Shown here one piece after another: positions 19,824 through 29,445 of a stretch of DNA of 64,000 nucleotides. The DNA comes from Bacilli bacterium. GTDB lineage: Bacteria; Bacillota; Bacilli; JACDOE01. Both the position numbers and the translations under genes were made by a program. Where the stretch lies: assembly GCA_041686735.1 (NCBI GenBank), contig JAWLDF010000002.1:642-64641 (forward strand), read 5' to 3'. Positions within the stretch are counted from its first letter, which is position 1. Each line of letters begins with the position of its first letter. Below the pieces are notes generated by a model. That model saw only the letters and a list, made by a program, of their open reading frames with translations. It was not told where the DNA came from and searched no databases.

Positions 19824-20839
19824 TACAACGTCCCTCCCTTCTGTTTCGATGACCCATTGCCATCCGATCCGTTTGAGACGGAATCATGTTTGTTTTGTTT
19901 CTTGAATTTCCGTTTCAACCAGTTTATGACATTGTAATCGATCAAACCCTGCGGACGGAATGCCATCATCGCAACGAGAAGAAGACCGTATATTATCAGG
20001 CGATAGTCTGCCAGATCACGCAGTACTTCAGGCAAAGCAGTTAGAAAAGCCGCACCGAAAATGGGACCCCAGATGACTTCACTGCCGCCGAATACGGCAA
20101 AGATTAAAATTTCTACTGCACGGTGATACGAAAAGTCTCCCGGATTAATAAAAGAAGTAGTATGGGCATAAAGGGCTCCGGCAAATCCGGCAATCATTGC
20201 ACCCTGTGAAAAAGCGAGCACTTTATAATATGTCGTGGGTATTCCCATGGATTCTGCGGCCTGCTCATCTTCTTTAATGGCTGTATAAGCTCGTCCGATA
20301 CGGGAATGATTTTGTCTGACAAAGAACCAGATGACCAAAATCACGATCACAAGTAATACAATAAATAATAACAGGGCGGACCATTGATTGTTGCGCAAAC
20401 CGAGCATATCCGCAGTCAGTCCCATATCGGCCAGCGATTGAGCAAGGACCCTTCCGAAATGAGGAATCCCCGGCAATCCCATTGCTCCCCTGGTTATCTC
20501 CATGTTATTAAATAAAACACGGACCACTTCGCCGAAACCAAGGGTTGCCACCGCAAGATAAACCCCCTGTAAGCGTAAAGTTGGAATTCCGACAAGGATA
20601 CCGGCCAGCGCCGCAACGATTGCTCCGGAAATTATCCCCGCAAAAATGGGCATTCCCAGTTTCATTGTTACAAGTGCGGAAGTATATGCACCGATGCTCA
20701 TAAATCCGGCGCTCCCCAGCGAAAGTTGACCGGTTGAAAGAGTAATATAAATGCTTATTCCGAGGACAATATTAATTAAAATAAACGACGCGATTTGGAT
20801 ATAATACGGATTTAAGATGAAATCTATCATAGCGCTCAC
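19823..20839 (-). CDS. livM: Branched-chain amino acid ABC transporter permease LivM
   Basis: 338 aa polytopic permease of the LivM family. Start overlaps livG stop. Confidence 0.85.
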   Translation of the reverse strand: MSAMIDFILNPYYIQIASFILINIVLGISIYITLSTGQLSLGSAGFMSIGAYTSALVTMKLGMPIFAGIISGAIVAALAGILVGIPTLRLQGVYLAVATLGFGEVVRVLFNNMEITRGAMGLPGIPHFGRVLAQSLADMGLTADMLGLRNNQWSALLLFIVLLVIVILVIWFFVRQNHSRIGRAYTAIKEDEQAAESMGIPTTYYKVLAFSQGAMIAGFAGALYAHTTSFINPGDFSYHRAVEILIFAVFGGSEVIWGPIFGAAFLTALPEVLRDLADYRLIIYGLLLVAMMAFRPQGLIDYNVINWLKRKFKKQNKHDSVSNGSDGNGSSKQKGGTL

Positions 20840-21720
20840 CTTTTCACCTGCGTAGCAGGAGAACCGAACAGCCCCTGCGGTCGCACGAGTAATATAACAA
20901 TAATCATTAAAAAGGCAATCGCGTCTCGATATCCTGAGTCCCCGTAAGCTACACTCATGACTTCCGTTAATCCGAGAATAAGTCCTCCGACCATGGCCCC
21001 TTTGATATTGCCCATTCCACCTAATATGATGATGGCGAGCCCTTTCAAACCGATAGCAAGTCCCATCTGCGGAGATACGGCATTAAAAGCCATTCCTACC
21101 AGAACACCCGCAATGCCTCCCATAGCAGAAGCTATGATTACGGTTAACGTAATGATTCTTTGAGTATTGACTCCCAGCAAATTGGCAGTTTCAATACTTT
21201 CTGCCGTGGCACGGAGACCTTTTCCGGCTTTCGTCTTTTGTAACCATAGAGACAGACCGATCATTAGTGCTACGGCAATGAGAAAAATGGTAAGCTGAAC
21301 GAGATAAATTTTCACTCCGCCGATTTCAAAACTGATTCTGGCGAAGGATACGGGGAAAGGCTGTGTTTCTGCTCCGAACAAATGATGAGCCAGGTTTTCC
21401 AAAAAGATGGAAACCCCGATTGTGCTGATCAAAGGTGCCAGATGGGAAACGCCCTTCTTCCCCCGAAGGGGACGGAGGGCGAAACGTTCGAGTAAAAATC
21501 CCATCACGGCAGTTACCAGCACGGCTGCCAGAATCGCTATTGGAATCGGAGCACCGAATTGAACAACCATTAACAACCCGATGAATGCTCCAAACATAAA
21601 TATTTCTCCGTGAGCCATGTTCAAGATTTCAAGAACCCCGAACACCAGGGTGTATCCCAGGGCCACGATTGCATATATACTTCCAAGTGTTAAGCCGTTA
21701 ATCAACTGTTGTTCAAACAT
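20836..21720 (-). CDS. livH: Branched-chain amino acid ABC transporter permease LivH
   Basis: LivH-family permease. GGTGA RBS 8 nt before the internal Met (MFEQQLINGL...), so the track ORF is trimmed to 21720. Confidence 0.85.
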   Translation of the reverse strand: MFEQQLINGLTLGSIYAIVALGYTLVFGVLEILNMAHGEIFMFGAFIGLLMVVQFGAPIPIAILAAVLVTAVMGFLLERFALRPLRGKKGVSHLAPLISTIGVSIFLENLAHHLFGAETQPFPVSFARISFEIGGVKIYLVQLTIFLIAVALMIGLSLWLQKTKAGKGLRATAESIETANLLGVNTQRIITLTVIIASAMGGIAGVLVGMAFNAVSPQMGLAIGLKGLAIIILGGMGNIKGAMVGGLILGLTEVMSVAYGDSGYRDAIAFLMIIVILLVRPQGLFGSPATQVKR

Positions 21721-21761
21721 TGCTGTTTCACCTGCCTCATTTCGAACCAAATCGATTTTTA

Positions 21762-22976
21762 TTAATCAGTAAATTCTACGAATTTACCGTCTTTAATAAT
21801 AAGAACGATGGGATCCATGATCGGGCTTCCGACTTCGTCAAATGAGAAGTTACCGGTTACACCTTTGAAATCTTTGATTTCAGCAAGAGAGTCTCTCAAT
21901 GCATCACGATCCTCAGTTGTACCCGCATCCAGAATAGCCTGCGTCATAATGTATAAAGCATCGTATGCCTGTGCTGCAAATTGATCGGGAATCTTACCAT
22001 ACTTATCCTGGAACTTCTTCACGAAGGTTTGAACTTCTTCCACATCACGTTCCGGGAACCACGGGCTTGCTACAACAACACCTTCCGCTGCTTCTCCTGC
22101 CTGTACAATAACCTGCGGAGAGTTAAAACCGTTTCCTCCTACAACAGGTACGTCAATTCCCATTTTTCGTGCCTGATCAAGAATCAATCCGCCCTCTTTA
22201 TATAATGATGAGGCAAGAATTGCATCCGGCTGAGCTGCTTGAATGTTGGTTAACTGAGCACTGAAATCCGTATCTCCAGTTGCATATTTTTCTGTCTTCA
22301 CGATTTCCAAACCTAACTTCTCGGCAGTGTCTTTCATAATCTCATAACCGGATAATGTAAAATCATCGTCATGACCATAGATCAGCGCCACTTTTTTGAT
22401 TCCGAAATGTTCAACTGCTTTTTTGGTGGATGCCGGAATTGCAAGAGATTCCGGAATGGAGTTGCGGAATACATAGGGACCGATTTCAGGAATACCGTTG
22501 GCAGTGGTCGATGTTCCCATGATCGGGACTCCGGCCTGATCCGCTTCCGGACCAACAACGAACATTTCAGAACTTAATGTCGGACCAAGGATAGCCAGTA
22601 CATTTTCAGAGTTGATTAATTTTTGCGCGGCATTTAAAGCCTGATCACGTTGACCAGCAGAATCTTCAATCAATAATTCAATCTTTAATTGTCCTTTGTA
22701 TTTTTCATTAATCTCTTCCTGAGCCATTTTAAAACCGCTGGTAATGGCTTCTCCATATGCAGCTCCATTTCCTGAAAGGTAAGAGATTACCCCGATTCTT
22801 GCTACCTGTTCCCCGCCGCCGCCGGATTCCCCGCCGGATTGTTCTTCGCCTGCATTAGAATTGGAAGAATTCTCTCCTCCATTCGTTGCTTCCTGCGAAC
22901 CGCCACAAGCAGCTACGGAAAGGACTAAAAACACAGACAATAAAACCCCCAGAAACTTAATCAACGACTTCTTCAT
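21762..22976 (-). CDS. livJ: Branched-chain amino acid ABC transporter substrate-binding lipoprotein (LivJ/LivK family)
   Basis: AAGGGGG RBS before MKKSLIKFLGVLLSVFLVLSVAACGG (lipobox LSVAAC). Periplasmic binding protein type I fold. Confidence 0.8.
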   Translation of the reverse strand: MKKSLIKFLGVLLSVFLVLSVAACGGSQEATNGGENSSNSNAGEEQSGGESGGGGEQVARIGVISYLSGNGAAYGEAITSGFKMAQEEINEKYKGQLKIELLIEDSAGQRDQALNAAQKLINSENVLAILGPTLSSEMFVVGPEADQAGVPIMGTSTTANGIPEIGPYVFRNSIPESLAIPASTKKAVEHFGIKKVALIYGHDDDFTLSGYEIMKDTAEKLGLEIVKTEKYATGDTDFSAQLTNIQAAQPDAILASSLYKEGGLILDQARKMGIDVPVVGGNGFNSPQVIVQAGEAAEGVVVASPWFPERDVEEVQTFVKKFQDKYGKIPDQFAAQAYDALYIMTQAILDAGTTEDRDALRDSLAEIKDFKGVTGNFSFDEVGSPIMDPIVLIIKDGKFVEFTD

Positions 22977-23205
22977 TTTCTTTTTAACCCCCTTAAATTT
23001 CAGCATAATCATGCTTAAAATATTATTAATATTCATTCATTAATTCTAACCTATTTTGAGTTTTAAAAACAACAATAATTTTCTGTAAATAAACTTGAAA
23101 AGCGGAATGAAGGAATACTATTTCTAACGGCAGAAGTCTGCTGAAAGTCCTGATTTGACAAAACAGGCAGATACATCGGAAAAGGTGTAGTGGGGTGAAA
23201 AGAAG

Positions 23206-24819
23206 TTGAAAAAACTTAGTCTGAGAGAAAAGATCGGTCAGCTCATGGTTTTTGGATTTAAAGCAGCAGCAGCGCCTGAAGCTTCAGAAGCCATTCTGGA
23301 GCTCATTAGAGATTATCATGTGGGTGGCATTATTTTCTTCGCTCGTAATATAGGGATGCCCGAGGAAATATTAAATTTAACGTCTTTACTACAGCGTGAG
23401 ACCAAGGAAGCTGGTCAAAAACAGCCGTTGTTAATTTGTATAGATCAGGAAAACGGTGTCGTTCGACGCTTAGGTGAGGGGACAACCGTTTTCCCCGGGG
23501 CAATGCTTTTAGGTGCTACACATCAGCCAGAGCTTGCCTACCAGATGGGTTTAGCTACAGGAAAAGAACTAAAGGCTCTTGGAATCAATTGGAACCTTGC
23601 ACCTGTTGTAGATGTTAATAATAACCCATTTAACCCTGTTATAGGCGTACGTTCCTATGGTGAAAAGGCTGATCACGTGGCTGCATTTGGAATAGCAGCG
23701 ATGAAGGGAATGCAGGAGGCAGGTGTCATCACAACGCTGAAGCATTTCCCCGGACATGGAGATACAAACCTGGATTCACACCTTGAGTTACCCACTATTT
23801 TACATGACATGGAACGGCTTAATGAAATAGAGCTTGTTCCCTTTAAGAAAGGTATTGCAGCAGGTGCAGATACGATTATGACAGCCCATGTTTATTTTCC
23901 GGCCTTAGAAAAAAAGGCAGGTCTTCCAGCAACGCTGTCCCATGCAGTAGTAACAGGCCTGCTCCGTGATACACTGGGCTTTGATGGTGTAGTCACCACA
24001 GATTGTATGGAAATGAAAGCAATAGCAGATACCGTTGGAACAGCTCATGGAGCAGTTATGGCTCTCAATGCGGGAGTAGATTTAATCATGATTTCCCACC
24101 AGCATGGTTTACAAAAGGATGCCATTGAAGCTATTGTCTCAGCCGTAGAGCATGGTAAGCTAGCAGAGGAGATCATCGATAAAGCTGTGGCCAGAGTACA
24201 GAGGCTAAAGGCAAAATATCTCTCCTGGGATGATATCCCAATGAAAGAGGAAAAAGTTCAGGTTCCTGCTGTCGTAGGTTGTAGCAAACATCATAAACAA
24301 GCCTTAAAGGTCTTTAAACAGGGCATAACCCTTGTGAAAAATGATCATAATCTCTTGCCGTTATCTCCTGTACCAGAACACAAGGTTCTGGTAATTTACC
24401 CTAACAACTCTTATCTTACTATGGTGGAAGATAAACGATACTCTGGCAATGCATTTGGTGAATTGATTCAGGAAGTACATCCAACAGCAGCAGTTGAAGA
24501 GCTAAAGGTACCATTAACAGGTGGAGATATTCAAGAGGCAGTAACAAGGGCAGTTGGCTACGATACTGTTATTTTAGGCACCTTAACAGCAGCACAATCG
24601 CCAGAACAGCAGCAAGTGGTTCGAGGTATTAAAGCGTTGAGAAAGCATACGGTAGTAGTAGCAATGCGTAGTCCCTATGATTTAGCCTATTTCCCCGATG
24701 TCGATGCCTATATCGCTGCCTATGAGTTTACAACACCTGCACTGCGGATGACGGCCAGGGCCATCTATGGACAGGAGCAGGTCGGCGGAAAGCTGCCGGT
24801 CACTATCCCGATTTTATAA
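23206..24819 (+). CDS. nagZ: Beta-N-acetylhexosaminidase, glycoside hydrolase family 3 (NagZ/YbbD-like)
   Basis: 537 aa with TTG start and GGGGTGA RBS. GH3 N-terminal motifs KHFPGHGDT and GFDGVVTTDCMEM. Codon usage is visibly more A/T-ending than in flanking genes. Confidence 0.8.
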   Translation: MKKLSLREKIGQLMVFGFKAAAAPEASEAILELIRDYHVGGIIFFARNIGMPEEILNLTSLLQRETKEAGQKQPLLICIDQENGVVRRLGEGTTVFPGAMLLGATHQPELAYQMGLATGKELKALGINWNLAPVVDVNNNPFNPVIGVRSYGEKADHVAAFGIAAMKGMQEAGVITTLKHFPGHGDTNLDSHLELPTILHDMERLNEIELVPFKKGIAAGADTIMTAHVYFPALEKKAGLPATLSHAVVTGLLRDTLGFDGVVTTDCMEMKAIADTVGTAHGAVMALNAGVDLIMISHQHGLQKDAIEAIVSAVEHGKLAEEIIDKAVARVQRLKAKYLSWDDIPMKEEKVQVPAVVGCSKHHKQALKVFKQGITLVKNDHNLLPLSPVPEHKVLVIYPNNSYLTMVEDKRYSGNAFGELIQEVHPTAAVEELKVPLTGGDIQEAVTRAVGYDTVILGTLTAAQSPEQQQVVRGIKALRKHTVVVAMRSPYDLAYFPDVDAYIAAYEFTTPALRMTARAIYGQEQVGGKLPVTIPIL

Positions 24820-24883
24820 TAAACGGGCTTTAGTATGTTAATCTTATTGTTGAAGCTTTACCTCAGGAAAGCAGGTACAAAAA

Positions 24884-25783
24884 ATGAACAATTGGGTGTT
24901 AAAAAATGGATGGTTTGTTTTAGGACAACAAAAGCTTTGTGGAGCCCTCTGTATACAGGATTGGACTGATCACTTGGACAGCAATAATCCTGAAGGTGCT
25001 TTACCACTTGGTATTCACCTCGAGGGCCCTTATATCGCTCTCGCTAAGAAAGGAGCTCAAAATGGTAAGCATGTACGTCCATTTTCCCTCATGGAATTTG
25101 AGGCAGATCAGGCTGCTTCGGGAAATGCCATTAAGCTGATCACATTAGCACCAGAGCAACTGGATGACCTGCAGGTGATAACAAAGCTGGCGAGAAAAGG
25201 GGTTTTCGTCAGTATAGGACATACTGAGGCTGACTATCAAGAGGTGCATCAGGCGGTACAGCATGGGGCTAAGCATTTTACCCATTTGTGTAATGCCATG
25301 CCAGGACTGCATCATCGACATCCCGGTCCCATTGCCTACGCCCTGAATCATGATGAGGTGAGTGTAGAGTTCATCGCTGATGGCTTGCATGTCCACCCGG
25401 CTATTATACAACTAGCCCTACGTGCCAAAAATAATCAGAACATAGCCGTTGTCACCGATGCCATCAGGGCGACAGGGATGCCAGATGGTTCCTATGAGCT
25501 TGGAGACATGGAGGTTTGTGTGAAGCAGGGAAAGGCAACCTTAGAGGATGGTACATTAGCAGGAAGTTGCTTAGAGATGGAATCAGCTTACCGTTTCCTT
25601 CAATCTGAATTAAAGCTGCAAGATCAACAAATATTTCAGATGATGAGCACAACACCTGCTTCAATATTAGGCTTGGAAGATCAGCTTGGAACCCTGGATG
25701 AAGGGAAGATTGCGGATTTGGTATTAATAAAGGATGGTCAGGTTCAAGCAGTGATGATCAACGGCAACTGGGTCTCATTGTAA
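24884..25783 (+). CDS. nagA: N-acetylglucosamine-6-phosphate deacetylase homologue (299 aa, not the usual ~380-400) lacking the N-terminal HxH metal-binding region; probable pseudogene or degenerate paralogue
   Basis: LGIHLEGPYIA, TLAPE, GHTEADYQ, HLCNAMPGLHHRHPG and DGLHVHP match the NagA core from about residue 130 onward. The first ~25 aa resemble the NagA N-terminus. The segment carrying the IDxHxHG motif is absent, consistent with an in-frame deletion. Confidence 0.6.
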   Translation: MNNWVLKNGWFVLGQQKLCGALCIQDWTDHLDSNNPEGALPLGIHLEGPYIALAKKGAQNGKHVRPFSLMEFEADQAASGNAIKLITLAPEQLDDLQVITKLARKGVFVSIGHTEADYQEVHQAVQHGAKHFTHLCNAMPGLHHRHPGPIAYALNHDEVSVEFIADGLHVHPAIIQLALRAKNNQNIAVVTDAIRATGMPDGSYELGDMEVCVKQGKATLEDGTLAGSCLEMESAYRFLQSELKLQDQQIFQMMSTTPASILGLEDQLGTLDEGKIADLVLIKDGQVQAVMINGNWVSL

Positions 25784-25798
25784 AGACAGCGGATTGAG

Positions 25799-27217
25799 TT
25801 ACACATCCAAGTTAACCATCTCAGGAAGCGGGGCAGATTTTTGTATAAGTTCATTCCATTCCACTTCGGAAATCACACCTTCTTCGATGACAACATCTTT
25901 GATGGAAAGACCGTGTTCCACTGCACGATAAGTCAGTAGTGCCGCACGATCATAACCGATGATCGGATTTAACATTGTGACAAGTCCCAGACTCTGTTCC
26001 ATCCAGTAATGACAATTCTCCTCATTTGCCTCAATACCTTCAACACACTTAATCGTGAATGTTTTAACGCCATGTGACAATATGGAAATGGATTGTAATA
26101 TCAGGTGAGCCATTACCGGCATCATCACATTAATCTCCAATTGACTTCCGGTAGCAGCGGTCGACAGAGCTGTATCATTTCCGATCACCTGACTGCATAC
26201 CATATACATCATTTCAGGCAATACCGGATTTACCTTGCCGGGCATAATCGATGACCCGGGCTGCACCGCCGGCAACCGGATCTCAGCCAGTCCGGTTCTG
26301 GGACCGGAACTTAGCAGTCTCAGGTCACTGCTGATTTTGATCAGATGGATCGCCAGTTCTTTTAACAGTCCGCTGACTCTTACGACAACTACAGGATTCT
26401 GCATAAAAGCAAAGCGCTTTCCCTCATCCGGAAGACGCCATTTAATGCCTGTCCGGTTCCGAAGTTCTTCAACAACATACGTGCTGTATTTCGGGTGGGT
26501 ATTGATTCCCGTGCCGACCGCGTTGCCGCCGATCCCAATGTCCAGCAGGTCATCGGAAATCCGCACGATTTGCTTTGTCACCGCTTCAATATGTGCTGCA
26601 TAACCCGCAAATTCCTGTCCTAACCTCATTGGTACCGCATCCTGCAAATGCGTACGTCCCGATTTTAAAACATGACGAAAAGCAGCCGCACGGTTAATCA
26701 ATGCCCAGTACAACTCGTTCAGAACCGGCAACAGTTGTCTGTGAACAGCATGATATGTGGCGATATACATGGCGGCGGGAATCGTGTCGTTGGTGGATTG
26801 ACCTTTGTTCACGTGATCATTGGGGTGAATGATATCTTTTCTGTCCCGTTCGTAGCCAAGTAATTCAAGTGCCCTGTTAGCAATAACTTCATTGGCATTC
26901 ATATTTTGAGACGTACCCGCTCCAGCCTGAAAAACATCGACTACAAATTGATGATCCCATTTCCCCTCGATTACTTCTTCCGCCGCTCGAATAATGGCAT
27001 CTCCAATTTTCGTTTCAAGTTCGTTCAATTTGACATGTGCCGCAGCAGCTGAAGCCTTGATCAGTCCCTGAGCTTCAATAAAAAAACGGGGAAGTCGCAT
27101 CCCGCTAATTGGAAAATTCTCCACAGCTCGCCGGGTCTGTGGTCCATAGTACGCATCAGCAGGTATGTGAACTTCCCCTAAAGAATCGGAGGAAACACGA
27201 ACATCCATAAATAACAC
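25799..27217 (-). CDS. aspA: Aspartate ammonia-lyase (aspartase)
   Basis: 472 aa fumarase/aspartase-family enzyme. GSSIMPGKVNPVLPE (aspartase-type ending, versus KVNPTQCE in fumarase C), TNDT and LQDAVPMRLGQEF motifs. Confidence 0.8.
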   Translation of the reverse strand: MLFMDVRVSSDSLGEVHIPADAYYGPQTRRAVENFPISGMRLPRFFIEAQGLIKASAAAAHVKLNELETKIGDAIIRAAEEVIEGKWDHQFVVDVFQAGAGTSQNMNANEVIANRALELLGYERDRKDIIHPNDHVNKGQSTNDTIPAAMYIATYHAVHRQLLPVLNELYWALINRAAAFRHVLKSGRTHLQDAVPMRLGQEFAGYAAHIEAVTKQIVRISDDLLDIGIGGNAVGTGINTHPKYSTYVVEELRNRTGIKWRLPDEGKRFAFMQNPVVVVRVSGLLKELAIHLIKISSDLRLLSSGPRTGLAEIRLPAVQPGSSIMPGKVNPVLPEMMYMVCSQVIGNDTALSTAATGSQLEINVMMPVMAHLILQSISILSHGVKTFTIKCVEGIEANEENCHYWMEQSLGLVTMLNPIIGYDRAALLTYRAVEHGLSIKDVVIEEGVISEVEWNELIQKSAPLPEMVNLDV

Positions 27218-27248
27218 GCTCCAGTAAAATTTTTTATATTATATTCAA

Positions 27249-27833
27249 TTATTTGTCATGCCATACATGGGGTTTCCCTTTTTCTCTCGAAACAATATCC
27301 ATTCCCACCGCAGCTCCCTGACCCGCTGCAATGATGGATTGCGTCGGTAATCCCGCCAGCAGACCGGCAACATATAGATTATCGACTTCCGTTCTGCCGT
27401 TCCATGGCAGTTGCGACACCTGCTTGATTTTTCCGCTCGGAACCAGGGGGTTGACTTCAACCGGCAGATTCAACTGTTCGAGAGGTTCAGTATTAAGATT
27501 GGATGCAATCACCAGGTATCTTGATTCCACCTGTTGTTCATCGGTCGTCACCCGAAACATGCCATCCCCTGTATTTTCAACGTGCCTGACTTCCTGTTCC
27601 ACCAATTGGGAATCAAATCGGACCGCCTGATTCTTCATTTTCTGAAGTAACTCCTCACCGGAGATTCCCTCAGGAAATCCAGGATAGTTATAAACTTTCG
27701 AAATTGCTTTTAACTGGGATTTGTCAGTATCAAATACAACTGTCTTCAATCCTGCCTGTGCAGTGTATAATGCACAGGAGAGTCCGGATATCCCGCCACC
27801 GACAATAGCTACGTCAATTTTCATGATGTTCAT
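27249..27833 (-). CDS. Half-size FAD-binding oxidoreductase (thioredoxin-reductase-like FAD domain only; no NAD(P)H domain, no CxxC)
   Basis: 194 aa. N-terminal DVAIVGGGISGLSCALY FAD dinucleotide fold and C-terminal LYVAGLLAG...AAGQGAAVGMDI FAD-closing motif. The central ~120-aa NADPH-binding domain of TrxB-type enzymes is missing. Confidence 0.6.
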   Translation of the reverse strand: MNIMKIDVAIVGGGISGLSCALYTAQAGLKTVVFDTDKSQLKAISKVYNYPGFPEGISGEELLQKMKNQAVRFDSQLVEQEVRHVENTGDGMFRVTTDEQQVESRYLVIASNLNTEPLEQLNLPVEVNPLVPSGKIKQVSQLPWNGRTEVDNLYVAGLLAGLPTQSIIAAGQGAAVGMDIVSREKGKPHVWHDK

Positions 27834-27845
27834 CCTCCTCTTAAA

Positions 27846-28148
27846 TTATTGCTGTGTTTTGTTCCAGCGGATCAATCCGCCTTCCAGGTTAAGTACGTCA
27901 AATCCTTTTTCAGACAGCCACTCGCATGCCAGTCTGCTTCGGTTCCCGCTGCGACAGATCACAACTGCTTCTTTGTCCGGATTTAATTCTCGATAACGCT
28001 GTAATACCTGTCCGAGAGGAATATGGAAGGAACCTTCAATATGTCCCGCGCGAAACTCGTGATCTTCCCTCACATCAAGAAGGGTGACATCTTCCCCGTT
28101 TTTTAGACGCTGTTGCAGTTCTTCCGGTGTAATATTCTTTACCTGCAT
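27846..28148 (-). CDS. Single-domain rhodanese (sulfurtransferase)
   Basis: AGGAGG RBS 11 nt before the ATG at 28148. Active-site loop CRSGNRS with catalytic Cys. The track ORF has a GTG-initiated 5' extension. Confidence 0.75.
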   Translation of the reverse strand: MQVKNITPEELQQRLKNGEDVTLLDVREDHEFRAGHIEGSFHIPLGQVLQRYRELNPDKEAVVICRSGNRSRLACEWLSEKGFDVLNLEGGLIRWNKTQQ

Positions 28149-28182
28149 CGTATAGATTTCCTCCTTGTTTTGCTTGAATAAA

Positions 28183-28209
28183 GGGAACACCTCATTTTCA
28201 GGTGTTCCC
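28183..28209 (-). terminator. Hairpin between dsrE-like and rhodanese genes (possible terminator/attenuator)
   Basis: Perfect GGGAACACCT-CATTTTC-AGGTGTTCCC 10-bp stem. Only a short TTTATT tract follows on the minus strand. Confidence 0.45.
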
Positions 28210-28250
28210 CCGCATACTTCATTATAACATCACTCTTTTATCTTAAACCA

Positions 28251-28736
28251 TTATACAAAAAGATTGATGTTGGATTCACTGGCTTCGGAAAGATAGGTGG
28301 CAACACCTACATAGTCATCGATACCATCGATCAGTTCCTCTTCCGTGATCCCCAGAACATCCATGGACATGGAACAGGCTATGATTCTGATATCAAGATC
28401 TTTCGCCATTTCCATCAACTCCGGAAGTGATGTGACATTTTTGTCCTTCATCACTTTTTTCATCATTTTAGCTCCGAGTCCACCGAAGTTCATTTTTGAA
28501 ATACCCAGGTTTTCAGCTCCGCGTGGCATCATTTTACCAAACATTTTTTCGATAAAAGTCTTATTAGACGGAATGTTCTGATCTTTTCGAAGAATGTTTA
28601 ATCCCCAGAAAGTAAAGAACATCGTAACCTGTTTCCCCATTGCTGCAGCTCCGGTGGCAATGATAAAACTGGCAATTGCCTTATCCAGATCACCGCTGAA
28701 CACAATGAGGGTCGCTTTATCCTGATTTTCAGACAT
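28251..28736 (-). CDS. DsrE/DsrF-like sulfur-relay family protein (YrkE N-domain-like)
   Basis: 161 aa. DsrE-fold pattern with conserved Cys in IIACSMSMDVLGI. Clusters with the rhodanese and flavoprotein genes. Confidence 0.7.
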   Translation of the reverse strand: MSENQDKATLIVFSGDLDKAIASFIIATGAAAMGKQVTMFFTFWGLNILRKDQNIPSNKTFIEKMFGKMMPRGAENLGISKMNFGGLGAKMMKKVMKDKNVTSLPELMEMAKDLDIRIIACSMSMDVLGITEEELIDGIDDYVGVATYLSEASESNINLFV

Positions 28737-28847
28737 GATTAATAAATCCCCTCCCCTTTTTCTATAACCCCTACATCTACAGGTATTTTATATCAAAAGG
28801 TGATGGAACATCAACAATAAATAAGCAAAAATTGTATAAAGGAAAGG

Positions 28848-28872
28848 GGAAGGGGGGAGCACCCCCTTTATT
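28848..28872 (-). terminator. G/C-rich hairpin terminator after the carbonic anhydrase gene
   Basis: AAGGGGG-GAGCA-CCCCCTT followed by T-rich sequence on both strands. Confidence 0.4.
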
Positions 28873-29428
28873 TCACGGGATAAACGCGTTCAAGTTCACC
28901 GTTTTCCATATGATACAGATACCCTTCAACTTCAGTATTCTCCCCGTACTTCTTATATATGGGGTGATTCATTAAATGTTCCACCTGTTTGATGACATTT
29001 TTCTTAGAAACTTCGTCAAGGGAGATGCAGGGTTGAACGGCACGATCGGGTAAATTTTTTCGAATGTGCTTTAGCCACCCCTGTAACTCCTCGTCCTGAT
29101 TTCCTTCCCATGCCGCCTGAATCCCTCCACACATGGTATGACCCTTGACCACCACTTTTTTAACCTTGAGGTAATAAAGAGCATAGTAGAGGCTGGCAGA
29201 GAAACTTTCATCCTCTTCAGTTACCTGATTGGCAATGTTTCGATGAACAAAAATTTCACCGAGGGATGCCCGGGTAATGGCAAGAGGGCTTACCCGCGAG
29301 TCACAGCATGCCAGCAGAAATATTTCAGGAGACTGCCCCTGTTTAAGTTCTTCAAACAATTGGGGGTTTTCAGCCCACATCTTCTCTCTGAATTTTCGAT
29401 TCCGTTCGATTAAATCAAAATTTGGCAT
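28868..29428 (-). CDS. Beta-class carbonic anhydrase
   Basis: 186 aa. Zinc ligands in CCDSRV and HTMCGG, the beta-CA signature. Confidence 0.8.
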   Translation of the reverse strand: MPNFDLIERNRKFREKMWAENPQLFEELKQGQSPEIFLLACCDSRVSPLAITRASLGEIFVHRNIANQVTEEDESFSASLYYALYYLKVKKVVVKGHTMCGGIQAAWEGNQDEELQGWLKHIRKNLPDRAVQPCISLDEVSKKNVIKQVEHLMNHPIYKKYGENTEVEGYLYHMENGELERVYPVK

Positions 29429-29445
29429 GTTATCCCTCCCCCATC

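Noticed and set aside
23037-23205. T-box or other leader upstream of the liv operon
   Set aside because: The intergenic region is only ~170 bp and AT-rich. It lacks the T-box consensus (AGGGTGGNACCGCG). It is treated as plain divergent promoter space.
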